DNA of 64,000 nt, taken from the NCBI GenBank assembly GCA_040954595.2, contig CM082580.2, positions 8,224,390 to 8,288,389 of the forward strand. The letters are read 5' to 3'. Below, one piece after another: positions 11,312 to 30,940 of the stretch (positions within the stretch are counted from its first letter, which is position 1; every line of letters begins with the position of its first letter). The notes beneath the pieces are model-generated. The model did no database searches. It was given only the letters and a program-made list of their open reading frames with translations, and was not told where the DNA came from. The stretch is from Balanoglossus misakiensis (Eukaryota; Animalia; Hemichordata). The translations under genes and the position numbers were made by a program.

Positions 11312-13077
11312 TTAATTGCTCATGCTGTCTTTCCGGAGAACTTCTTGAAGGAAGGCTTTACACGATCTCATGCTTTTCTGATACACTTCTTCGAATGACG
11401 ATACATCACCCTAGAACAGAGAGGGAAAAAAAACATAAATTTCCTTGTCTGTGGTTGAATGATTAAATTTATATGTGAACAAGTAGACTTTACAAGATGG
11501 CTCAAAGCAACAACTGAAATAGCCAAGGCCCAACCATCTTGAATGGATGTCTACAGTCTACTAAAGCTGAAAGTAGACAATGTTATTGATACACCCAAAG
11601 CAAAAAGTTCAAAAATGACCTAAAAGTTAGAAATTTCAAAGAAAACTTACATAATAACAATCCTCAATGATGTCATAACCTTCTGGATCATACGAACCCA
11701 GCAGCTGAATGATTGCTTTGGAATTTCTTGGTCTGTCGCTGTCTAACATACTGCAATCAAAACATTTTCAGACTGTCAAAAAAAGCCGAACTTTCACTTT
11801 CATCAATTGACAGAAATCAATGCACATTTATGCTAACAAATTGTTTTTACAACAAATACTGGTGAATGTATTCATGTACAAAGGGGATTTGTAAACTCAC
11901 TCTATATTGCTGTCATCCATTCCAAATATATATTCAAAGTTATGAAAATCTCTATCTCTGATCTGTAAAACAAAATTGGAGAAAGAATTTTACGTATATA
12001 GTACTCCAATACCCTGGAATGCCAGTTTAAATTTCACATGGTTCAAAATGGAAATTCTATATACATCAGACATATTTCGGAAGAGTTTTATGTAAGAGGT
12101 ACATGTACCAACATATAAAAGTAGCAAGTACCCTGAATTTTACTTCACAGTTTTTTTGACAGTATGTGAAAAAGCCATCCTACCTGTCTACCTATATGCT
12201 CTGTTTTAATGTTGTGATTTTTCAGCACAGCTCTGCCGCGGCTATCCGGTGGTTTACCGACATGCCAGTCCGACAAGCCGGCACTGTCCACCATCCACTG
12301 GTCCGACAGGCCTTGGTCTTTCAATAACTTATTAAATGCCCCCTCGGCAACTGGCGACCTACAATAGTTTCCTGTTGAGTTGTGAAAGACACAAGTTAAG
12401 AGAGAATCTTGGTGTATTTGCGACATAACACAAGAATGTCACTCACAAATATGTCACATTTTTATTGGATGTGAATGCGGGTATTGTCACCAATGTCTAT
12501 TTATTTATTTATTTATTTAATGTTATTAAAAAACTTGCATCTTATTTTACAAACAGGAAATTTGCTTTTTCACCTGGTATATCATCGTGTGTGTACACTG
12601 TACCCATCCACGTTTAGTGAAACCCCTGAGCTGTATCTTTTTCAATGATGTTCATTTCAAACTGCTAACTTTATATTTTGGTTGTGAACAAGGGGGTGTT
12701 TTCGAATGAAAATAATCTCATTATCTACAACTTCTATCTGATACAGAAGATTTGTTTGGTTATAATATCAAACCGAGTACAAATACACCTCAAAATGCAG
12801 TGTATACCTGTACTTTTGCATGCTATGGCTGCAAGACACCAGCATCACATTATGGTTGATACCATTTTATGCCATGGGGGAAGACGTGAATGACCTCATC
12901 TTATCCACTATTTGAAGAATGTTTGCAAAGACGTCATTCTTGTGCTAAAATAGTAAATACGATTTCACATATCACATTTATAGCACAGGCTTGATTTCCA
13001 TTATACGTACCAAAACAGACAAACAGAACAGAATGTTTTTGTTGTTGTGTTGAAACTTCTGCGCTTTTGGCCGCCAT
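11312..13077 (-). CDS. ACP1: Low-molecular-weight phosphotyrosine phosphatase, paralog A
   Basis: Exons 13077-13011, 12371-12184, 11962-11901, 11750-11651, 11410-11312 join in phase. P-loop VCFGNYCRS, WMVDSAG, FEYIFGMDDSN, LLGSYDP, IIEDCYYG. Confidence 0.93.
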
Positions 13078-13228
13078 GTTGAATGATGAATTACAGCAAG
13101 CTAGGCAATCTGATTCCCTAAGTTGTCGATTTTTATTTGCAATTGCTACTGTGGTAAGTACTATGGTATTTGTCATACTTACCGTTGGTGGCGACATAAA
13201 AAAACAGAACAGTCACCATCATTAGGGA

Positions 13229-13994
13229 GGCTAGTTATACTTTGCGAAACAACGAAACAGCGAAACGAAACAGCGAAACGACGAAACCATTATTAAAATA
13301 GGGGCCAGTCATCAAGACGGTGGCGTATTATTAATTTAAAAGTTTCCAAATAAGTTCCTGGTCTGCGGCCTGGTACTAGTGGTTGCGCGCCAAAAAAGAA
13401 TCCCGCCCCAAAAGGTCAATGTACGAGTATATTCACAGGGCTAAGGATTAGTTGAAACAAAGCAGTAGTGTCCGTAAGCTTTCGAGGGTCAAACACTGAT
13501 GGGGGGTAAGAGTAGTAGTTATATATAGAAACACATGTAACTCACACAACACAGTATCATTGTCGAAATTTCTTTATTATCTTAATTGCAATTCGTGCCT
13601 CCCCGCCTTGTGGTATTTAAGGAAATAGTGTCAGTTGCTGCCGCATTTTGAGGTTTCGATCTTTTGTGGTTTCGTTGTGCGCGCGCGTATATTCACTGTG
13701 TATATGTAGCAGTTTGGCATGAATCGTTTGCGCGCACACGACGTCGACTCTACCACTACATAGTACCAGGCCGCAGACCAGGAACTGGCGACCCGCCGTT
13801 TGTTTCCAACGCCAAATTCTAATGTTGAATTTCCGAGAAAACAATTTATCTGACCTGTAGTTTTCTTGGCTCGCTTACGTTTTAATTTGGAAACTTTAAA
13901 AAAAATCATACGCCACCGTCTTGATGACTGGCTCCTATTTTAATAATGGTTTCGTCGTTTCGCTGTTTCGTTGTTTCGCAAAGTATAACTAGCC
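13229..13994. mobile_element. 766-bp MITE, Mutator(MULE)-like
   Basis: ~120-bp terminal inverted repeats beginning GGCTAGTTATACTTTGCGAAAC; exact 9-bp TSD CATTAGGGA (13220-13228 and 13995-14003); internal 26-bp inverted pair 13353-13378/13761-13786; no transposase ORF. Confidence 0.92.
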
Positions 13995-15298
13995 CATTAG
14001 GGATCGTTCAGTTTCTATGGCCGGGGGGGGGGGGGGGGGGGGGTCACCGGGTACAAGAAACTTTAAACAACATTTGTCATGTTGAACCTGGGTTCAGAAG
14101 AAAAGGCCTGAATGACATTACACAAGGTCACCAGAAGGTCAAGGTGCTAACAGCAGGATACCGGTCTAATTACATGGCACACGGGTGCGACCGAGTACTT
14201 ACTTCCTTTCAAAGCATCACATACAACTGGAACAACCTTCCCACCTGCGGCGATGTAAACAAGAAATGACAAAGCTACACAATACTTCACAGAATACTCA
14301 TTTTTATTTCGGCCTCCCAATAAAATCAAAGAAGAGCGCCCCAATAACAATCCATGATTTCATTGTAAATACGGCACTCTGAAACAGCAATATTCAAGTA
14401 CATCATCAGCAAATGTATAACACTTTTCAGCAAAGTACCTTTGAATACACCCATACACGCAATGTGAGATGTTAAAAGATACAAACAAACATGATCTGTC
14501 TGTAAATTCCCAGTTATTTCCCCTTGTGGTGTCTGAACTGACAATTTTGGTCTCTGTGGTCAAATTGCACATACTGGTACCAATGATTTAGGACCAGATG
14601 CAAAATCTAAACTGAATAATAAAATTGTCCAGTGCTCATGTGCAGATTAAATGTTTCTGCTTTAAAAACCCCTTCGTGCATCTACTCAGTTCAAAAACGC
14701 ATGTCACAAATTCACATCTAAAGCAAAATTACACCTACACACACAGAATACATATTATTGTGCTTTTTTGACGAGGATCAAGTCAATTCTAGTGCAAAAA
14801 GACTTGGAGGCAGGCAAATCAAATTTATTGTGCATAATTGGACGTTCAAGGCGGTGGCTTATGTTGCCTTAAATGTACCAAGTTAGCTGTGGTTGGAAAT
14901 TGTGCGCGACCGTCTCACAGACTACCTATGGTTGCTAAAATGAAGATCTGGGCAAAGTGGCCCTCTTCTAATGTTATCTTGAAATCAGCTGACATTTTAT
15001 AACCAAATATCTGTATGTATTGCTATTACATGCCTGCACCGTTTGGAGATATGGATGAGAATGTTAATCACGACATTACAATGCATGTGGTAACCATTAT
15101 TGGCAGTATTAAAATAAATGAAAACACCATTTTTGAGGAATTTCTCCGGGTGGAAGCGCTTTCTCCATAATTAGTGGTGCCTGTTTGGGGTTCAATTTGA
15201 ACATGTCATCCGTTTACTACTGTCTATTTCTGCTCTTTACAGCTACCCAGCTTGCTAACATCGATTCGGGTTCATGAAACACGCGCCACACGCACACA

Positions 15299-18058
15299 CT
15301 ACTTTCCGGAATATACATCTTTGAGGAATTCCTCGCAGCACCGGGTAACTTGCTCGTAGACAACTTCGAAGCCTGCAGGCCCACCCTAGAGGAGAAATGA
15401 CAACCAAAAACATTCATGTCTGGACCTGATTTTGAATATGAACAGTTATCTTGATATTTTGCAGTATCACAAATGTCTTGCTTGTGACAGTGTTAATGAT
15501 GTGGACATGCACTACACTTACATAGTAGGGATCTTGTATGATCTTGTGACCCTTGGGGTCGTATGACCCAAGAAGCATAATTTTCGCAGTAGAGTTTGCT
15601 GGCTTAACAGCATCGATGTTCCTGATAGAAAAAAAGATATGTACGCTGATGAATATACAAGGCTAAAAACACACATTTACAATGTTATTTGGTGGTATTT
15701 ATGTTGTTTTGTTTACAGCTGAAAACATGGTGGAGTGTCAGCGAATCTCCACTACAGATCACGTTTGTGTTAACATGCCCCAAACTCACCTCATATTGCT
15801 CTCATCCATTCCAAATATATATTGGAAATTTTTGAAGTCATCTTTAGTAATCTGTTTAGAATAGAAATAACATTCACATCAACTACATTTTAAAGAGGTC
15901 ACTCACTCTGTGCCAATCGATCTCATCAAACCTATTGATTCTGAACACATTACATCACAGCCCCTTGCAAAGAGATTTTACGAGCATGCTAATTTCAATT
16001 CAGTGCTCTAAAGTGCTGTAAGCTGATGATGTCTCATCCGATATGTGTGTAGCCAGCATTGTTATTGTTAAAAAGTGAAGTTGCAAGTCCAGACTTGAAC
16101 TCATTTGTCAGAAATCACAATGGCTGTTACCATGGTCCCTCCTTGAACACACCAGTTATGTTGCCAGGTTTGGTATCTAACCATGTTTTGGGATGAGCAA
16201 GAAACTGCAGTTGAAATCTAACCAAAGGCTAAAAGCTACTATTCCTTTAAAACAAATTCCATTTCATGTTTGCAGACACACTCGTAGATATTCATTGTAC
16301 TAATGGCAAATCAATTTTTTACCCTTTCCACGAGCGCATCGGTTGACCCATAAGGTACAAGCATGGATTGGAAAAAAAATGTACACTTTTCTCAAAGAAA
16401 ATCCTCTTCCTTTCACTGATAACAAAAAAATATCTGAAAACATTCATGAGTATGAAAACTTAATATGACAGTCTCAGATATGAACAAACTCTAACAACAG
16501 TCAAATCATAACAGCCACAGAACAGAACGTGTTCCAAAATGAAACTATATGCACGTAAGTGTTTAATTACGGTAATGACTGATTTCTTAGTATGTAAGTA
16601 GCTTACATGAAAAAAAAATCACCGGTGATTTTAAACATGTTATGATATAAACTTAGATTGATGAAATGAAGGTCAAAGAGCTGACCTTTGACCTGACCTG
16701 AGGTCAACTTTGGAACACGTACCTGTCTGCAGGCATGATTGACTGGCACGTTATGTTTCCCTAAGCACTCTATGGCTCGTTCATCAGGCGATTTCCCGAT
16801 GTGATAGTCGGCGGTTCCACAACTATCTATGATCCATTCGTCAGAGAGACCCTTCTCTGACACAATGTGAGTGAACACCGCTTCAGCCGTGGGTGAGCGG
16901 CAAATGTTTCCTGGCAAAGTGAAGAAATTTCAAGTGACTAAAACTTTGTGCTTTGGAAGAAAACGGTGTGCCCATACAGAAACTGTGTAGACAGCAAGTA
17001 GAGGACGGATCGACTTATCACTCTGATATCCACAAGAGTCAACACTGTTGACAGGTTTCCTGACATTTCATGAAGCGTTGATTTGAGTTTTCTGCCTTGT
17101 AGTATAGCTATACAAAAGCATTCAAACAAGTAAAACTTATGTTTGTCTTAGACAACATATTTCACCAACAGATTTGCCAGAGTGATAGTGTCAATCAGCA
17201 TTCTCTACACACTGTCTACAGCGTAGTGCATAATCACTGCACATCTGTACCTGTCTCGCTATATGATCTGACTTTAGTCCGTGATTCTTTAAAACTGTAA
17301 CTGTGCGAGGATCGGGCGGATCCCCAAGCTCATATGTAGACGTTGCTGCGCTATCGATCTCCCACAACTTGTTGTCCCCTCGCTCATGTACCAGATTTTT
17401 CAGGACTGTCTCAGCAATTGGCGACCTACAAATGTTACCTATTACAACAGATGTAAGGTACCACTGCATTAAAAACAAACTTAAAAGCAATGTAGGATTG
17501 ACTTGTCAGGCAATGTTATACTGTTATACAGTGTACAATCAACTTTCTTTGGTGAGAATAAATCTAAACTGACCCAAACCAAGGCATGGACGGATTTTCT
17601 TTGTGGCCAACAACGCCACCTACGGTAAGAACATGTAGGTCAAATATGTCAGCTCAGTTGATACCAGCAGCTTTTACAATCAGAACAGATCGAATAAACC
17701 CACTGTGGCCAGAATACGATTGCATATTACACGGCAGAGCTTTCAGTAAGTTTTTTAAGTCCGCAAAAATAATTTGGTGACGTTAAACATACAGTTTGGG
17801 ACAGGGGCCGAGCGAGGTACGTACACAAGTACTCATGGACGTAAAAAGAGTCTGGTCAGTGTCAACATTGTTTGGACCTAACACAACTGCATCTAAACCG
17901 CTGACATGCAATCATTTGGTCAGATGTTCTGTTATCATAACTAGCTCATTATACTTACTTGTAAGATGCATCGCGGGGATGGTGAAAACAAATACTATAA
18001 ACTGCTAAAAAAACTTACCTAAGCAGACGAACAGTACAGACTTTCTAGGAGCAGCCAT
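15299..18058 (-). CDS. ACP1: Low-molecular-weight phosphotyrosine phosphatase, paralog B (two alternative exon-2 copies)
   Basis: Exons 18058-18019 (MAAPRKSVLFVCLG), [17438-17251 or 16910-16723], 15851-15790, 15621-15522 (IIQDPYY), 15385-15299. Canonical VCLGNICRS. Confidence 0.95.
16723..16910 (-). CDS. ACP1: ACP1-B alternative exon 2b
   Basis: 188 nt with AG/GT bounds and the same phases as 2a; GNICRSPTAEAVF...WIIDSCGTADYHIGKSPDER...HACRQ. Confidence 0.9.
17251..17438 (-). CDS. ACP1: ACP1-B alternative exon 2a (fast-isoform-like)
   Basis: 188 nt with AG/GT bounds; GNICRSPIAETVL...WEIDSAATSTYELGDPPDPR...HIARQ. Confidence 0.9.
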
Positions 18059-18719
18059 GTTGCATATCCCAACATTCACTTTGAGCCCGACCCTCCAGGT
18101 TGGTAACAAAAAATTAATCGGCCGCATCACCAAATATTACCTGTTTGTCTTCCTTTGTTACGCGTTAAAAAACAAGCAAATCACGTAGATACAGCTGGGC
18201 TCTCCATATTACGTGACCGCCGCAAGTCTCCGAGAGGTCAAAAATGTAGATCCGGATACTCTGTCGTAAACGCTTGATCGATACCATTACCACTGAATGA
18301 CGACATGATTGGACTCTGAAATCCCTCCGCGCCCTAAATATAATAAACGATCAAGAATCATTCTTTGTTGAAACTTAATGCATTTTTTCATATAATTGTA
18401 TGTTTTGTGGTGTAAGTTCTTTTATTTAAGAATTTGAGTGTTGTTTATCTTGCGTGGACGAAAATGTTATCAGTACTATGTATGGCGCACATGTATACAC
18501 TTTGCTCGGCCGGTTTACGTACCAACATTTTGGGCTTCGACTTTATATCGGTTGACACCAACGTATGGTATTACTCATGTAGCCGTCGCATCGTCTTGGG
18601 CGAAATTTCGGGATTTGTTTTAACACAAACTGTCCTTTAGGACACGGGAGACACCTTTCGTATAAGCCACAGGTAGAATTTCCGACGTTGGGCGCCGTAC
18701 AGTCGCTGTTTTCACGGAT
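18059..18719. promoter_or_regulatory. Probable bidirectional promoter ACP1-B/LIX1
   Basis: Divergent ATGs about 660 bp apart; CpG-rich segment. Confidence 0.5.
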
Positions 18720-25679
<6,960 letters not shown>

Positions 25680-26729
25680 GGCGTTTGTTGTGAACTCGGA
25701 AGACAAACTGGAAATGCGACAGTATTTATAGACGTTGATATCAGATAAACCACGACATTCCAAATGTCACCATTTTTGTGCCTCGTTGGTTATGAAAAAT
25801 AAAAAGACATCTTGCAATGAGTTGGGGATGTCTTCATCATGGCAGATTCAAATTCACCACTGCAGAAGATTTGCTTTTCAGATGTAAACATCGATCAACT
25901 CCTGGGCTTTCTGCATTGGACTCATCACTTTCTGGCTTGTACAAACTTATTTAGTTACAAGTCAAAATATGGATAACATGTTAAAATTTTCATGGATATG
26001 AAAAAAATATTGAAAATTGTTTTCTCAATCACAGAACATTTTTACAAATTTCAAACGACTGCCACTTTTTGTATAATTTATTTTGTAATCCATCAAGCAG
26101 GATATATATTGCCTTGATATTTCCAAAATAGATGGCTAGCGTCCAGTATTTCCATCAAATTTGTGTGTAAACCTTGAAAAAATAGTATTTACACTAACAG
26201 CAGTGGTTTGGTAACAGAGATGAGTTTGTTTTATGTAATTAATTTGCCCGTTTTATGCAGACGTTTTGATTTTAAGACATTGGCTTATTAATATATTAAT
26301 GAGTTTGTGTACATGTAGCTGTGTTTTTTGGTATTTTTAATTTTATTGTTGACTGGTATGTCACCTGCAATTTAATTGCAAGCTTTAAAATTCAAAGCAC
26401 TTTGTGGACAGAAATGTAGGCTGTGTTAGATAGTTAGAGATGTAGGGTTATTTAATTGTTCAAAAGATGTAACGATGATGGTGTGAAAAAGTTTAGAAAT
26501 GCAGTGCTTCAAGCACAGCATCTCGGCTAAACTGTTACAGAGATGAATCTGTAGCACTTGTGTAGCTTTCCCAAGACAAATGCTACTCAAAACTGTTTTT
26601 TTTATTCCTGTAGTATTGCAGTGGAATAGTGGAGAGCAAGAAAATGGTGTATTTCCTTCACAATTCAGTCGGTTTCTCACACAATTGCCATCAGGATCAG
26701 CTTTTGCGCACATGATGTGCATACAAACA

Positions 26730-26780
26730 CATACACGCACACACGCACGCATGCACACACACACACACACACACACACAT
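26730..26780. repeat. (CA)n microsatellite
   Basis: Direct inspection. Confidence 0.9.
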
Positions 26781-26956
26781 ACCCATGCACACTCATTCAG
26801 AGAGTCTCACACTCTGATGAATTCCATAATAAGAGTGCCTATCAGTTTCAAATACAAAGTAATTTGGTGGTGCGAGTTGAGGCTTAGCTTAGCTATATGT
26901 ATATTTGAATCAGACAATATGTGCAATATTGTAGCTATCTGTTGTGTACTTGATCG

Positions 26957-27047
26957 TTACCCCCTTCACCCTCCATTATTTGGTATGGCCCCATTGTTGT
27001 CAGTGGTATGGTTGGACCTATGTACAGAAAATTAGGGTGAAAGGGTT
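26957..27047. mobile_element. Small degenerate MITE; a related partial inverted copy lies at ~23953-24030
   Basis: Ends acccc-ttcaccct...agggtgaaagggtt are inverted. The internal sequence resembles the reverse complement of ttaaccctttcacccc...ggtccaac...aacaatgg at ~23953. Confidence 0.45.
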
Positions 27048-29160
27048 TGGTGGGCTTTAGAGACTTTTGATTTTTTTTGTACAGACTTGCATAGACGTTA
27101 ACTTTTTCATTTGCATGAAATTGCAAGCAAATTGATTTTAGCCTGTTTGCTTTACTTTGTGGGTCCTTAATTCGGTTTTATCTTTAAAAAATTGTATTCT
27201 GTAACCTATTCCTATTCCGACTTTTAACCTTTTCTCCAGAATCATGCAACTGCTCAGACTATCTCAGATATTGTTATATTTTTAACAACATCCTTTTTAT
27301 GGCAAATAAATATATTGAAGTCTGATCCAGGTGTGGACCGGAAAAGTCTCTTCTGTCAAGTAGGCTGTGTTGAACATGACATTGACCATATGTGCCTACA
27401 CTTTGCAAGTTGCCACAGATTCTGACTGCGACTTTGACCACAGCCAAGTCATACGATATTAAGATGTACTTCCTACCGATACAAATTTGCGGCCAGGCCA
27501 ATCGGAGAACTTCTTTTGGGCAGCGGAATATTGCGCAGCGCCCCCATTGGGCAAGGAACGTGTCTACGTTACTGTATGTCTGGTCAAAAATGATGCCACC
27601 ACTGAGGGCACCACAGCGCATATGGCCAAACATGGACATCACTCCGAACTTTTCAAGCATTCAGCCCAACGTGTACTACTGGTCTTGTCATGAAAATTAT
27701 AGTTCTGAATAGTTCTAATTTGTTTACCTATGTACATACTATTATCCTTTCAGGCTTCGAATGAAATAAAAACAAAAAACAAAAACTACGTTAGTAAATT
27801 CTTTTAATTCAATCAATTGAGATATTTAGCAAAGTGTGTAATACGTCCAAGATTATTTCATAAAAAGTATACATGTGATATAAATACATACAAATCTATT
27901 CATCAAGGTTTACATGTTCATAAAACATTTAAGAACACTTCGGGTGTACTTACAGTGATGGACACTCAACAAGTTTGTGTCGTCTGTAATATATTTGACA
28001 CGTCGTCTGACAGTGTTGGAAACTCACATGTTAAAACAACCGAATCTGTTAGTGATGTTTAAAAAATCTTTCTGCTAAATTCCAAAATGAAATACATGTA
28101 CTTGATTTATCAGAAATGGTGCACAAAAATCCACTTTAAAAGATATATATTCAACTATTCAAATCCAGTTGCAACTACAACGGAAAGTTGAGATCTGGCT
28201 AATCATATGTTAAGTTTTGCACTGGGGTGGTCAAGCGACAAAAGGTGTACCGGTACCAACTTCACGAGAAGACCTAGACACGCCGCTTGGGTTATATATG
28301 TAAATGAGCAGGAGTTGTATTCAATTAACACACAGACCACGAGTAGTGGTTCAAATGGCCCTGTTCCGATTAACGCACTCGACAAGTACCCTGTTTAACA
28401 CTGTGGAGATCGAGAGCGTTAATGACGATCGCAGCCACATCAACGCCAATGTCACGTGACCATTAATATCTCAACATTTCTTATGAATGACCTTTGATGC
28501 GATTGGATCATATTACTTCACTGCTCGAGGTTGCAATTAGGCCTAAACAGTCTGCCATGGCAACAGTATAAGAATAGAGCGTACTAAATGAGACTATATT
28601 ATAATTTATATACACACAATTTGTTGCATCTGCGCAAACGGCAGTTACGACGGTATCCATTACATGTACTACTGTTATTACACCATGGCGCACATCACCA
28701 CGACACAGACCATAAACAGCTACTGGTATTTATAATCATGAAAAAAAACCTAGCTTTTTCTCGCCTCTCCAAATCACGTGCAGTCCTCAGTATAAGTCCC
28801 GAAAGACACCCCCCCCCCCCACAATTTTCAGTAGACAATGAAAACAAATTGCCACCACGTGTTTTCTGCACAAGAAATGTAAATGTATAAGAAATATGTC
28901 ACGCTGTGTAAATTTGAAGTAAAACATATTCGCCATTTGTTGACGGTGATTTTCACGAGAGGCCACACCCTCACGGTCAGTGGGTTTTGAATTTTGAATT
29001 TTTTTTGCGGACTTTTGACAGATTTGTATAGTCGGGAATGGTTCATAGTTTCAAAAATGTATAAAATTCTTTGCACTGGACGGTTTATATTTGTGAAATT
29101 CACTTGTGATCAACTTATGCAGAAGGTGAGAATGGGTTCGTTGACGTTAACCCAAACCGC

Positions 29161-29605
29161 TTAAAATTTGCCGTTGTCTGGGGGCGGGGGCTGTCCGTAT
29201 TGTTGCGGCTGTGAGGGCTGGCCGTACTGCTGGGGTGGCTGTTGCACGCCCGCGTACTGCGGCGGTGGCATCTGGTTGTAAGGGGGCGCCTGTTGGGCGG
29301 GGGCATACTGGGGCGGGGTGTCGTACGCCATGGTGTTTCCCGGCAGGAAAACCTGGTTGGGCGGCGGAGCCATGGTCGGGGCGTACATCGGCTGCATGGG
29401 TTGGGCCGGGCCCCCGTAGGCTGTGGTGTAGGCGCCCGTGGACTGGTGCACCACGTACACTCCTGGCTGTTGCATGTGAGGCTGGTTCACCACAACGACC
29501 TCAGTCTGCAGAGAAACGGAAAAGAATACACAGCATGAATTTAGTGCAATTGGCATGTCAAGATTTTGATTGAATACAATCGCTGCTGAAAACACACACA
29601 CACAT

Positions 29606-29680
<75 letters not shown>

Positions 29681-30940
29681 CGTTAGATAGATAGATAGAT
29701 AGATACGTAGATAGATTTGTTAGATACTTACCCTTCGCTCTCCGCCACCGCAGTGGTTGAAGGCTCCAATGCAGGCCACAATCATCAGAGTCAGGGACGC
29801 CATGCAGATCATAATGTGAATCACAAAGCCGGTGGTGTAACCGAACCACATCAGCCAAGTTTCCGCCACGGCGCCCGCGATGGAGCCGATGAAGACGAAC
29901 ACCGTGCCCAAGATGACGAATATGTTCAAAACCAAGAAAGCCACGCTCTGTCGAGGCAAGAAGTATATAGTCAGATCTCAGAAAAGGGGTACATGTATAG
30001 GCTGTTCTGCAGTACACTGCTGTTACGCTGAACGACGATACAAAAAATCGGCACCTTTACCTTGAACCAGTCATTTTTGTTAGGACAAAGAAGGTGGCGT
30101 CAACAGATATACTTACCAGATTTTCAATCTTGTCGGTCTTCGAGGCGTAGATACCAATGAGACCAGCTATAATCGCCTGTCGAAAATGCAAAAAGGGGGG
30201 GGGGGGAACATGGAAATATAAGATGACTGTTTTGTTAAATGCTAGTTGCTGGGGATTAGGCCTGCCACGGATTCAGGGAAATTTTGGTGTGAATGTGCGC
30301 GCATACCCAGCGGGAAAGTGTTCAAATATATTTCGGAATGCCGCTTATTAATTTCAGAGAATTGCGTCAATAATTCTAGGATTGATAACCACTTTCGACC
30401 ATTCCAACATGAAAATAATATAACCAAATCAGCTAGGCCACTGTTCGACTAAAGAAAATGTGTATCCGATGACGTATTAATCTCAAAATGTGTGTTGTTG
30501 AGCAGGCCTGTTCTGTCAGAATAGAAATAGGGGTGTCAAGGTCATGCTCTTTGTGCAGAAATTCATTTCGTCAGCGTCAGTAAATATTCATTTTAGCCCG
30601 GCCACTCGCCCCAGAATGGCTAAATCGATGAGACGTCAGCCTAAAGTTACGCGCGACTATTCAAAATCGGGTGAAAACTGTGCCATCTGATAAATACAGT
30701 ACACCATGACCACAACAGGTAAACACGAACGTGCACTTCAAGCTCTGTTCGTCGTTGAAAGTGGTGGCATGGCGCTTTCATACTCACCATCACGCCGGTC
30801 CACACGGGTCCTCCCGACGTTTTGTAAAAGCCGCCCATCAAACATACACCGAGGCACACGCTGCCGAACAGCAAGAGAATCCCGCCGATCACCAGAATGG
30901 CCACGCCAATACTGAACATTTTACTCTTAGTTTGCGCCAT
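29161..30940 (-). CDS. MS4A/CD20-like four-pass membrane protein with Pro/Gln/Tyr-rich tail
   Basis: Coding exons 30940-30788, 30176-30117, 29947-29732, 29505-29161, all phase 0. Four hydrophobic segments; the TM2 motif SGGPVWTGVMAIIAGLIGI resembles MS4A G-x-P-x-W-x-G. A probable non-coding first exon ends at 31516. Confidence 0.8.
29607..29716. repeat. (TAGA)n microsatellite
   Basis: Direct inspection; intronic. Confidence 0.95.

Noticed and set aside
16603-17490. A third complete ACP1 gene
   Set aside because: Only exon 2 is duplicated; no separate exon 1 or exons 3-5 lie between the two copies.
27274-27712. Overlapping 68-128 aa ORFs downstream of LIX1
   Set aside because: No recognisable motif or supportable exon structure.
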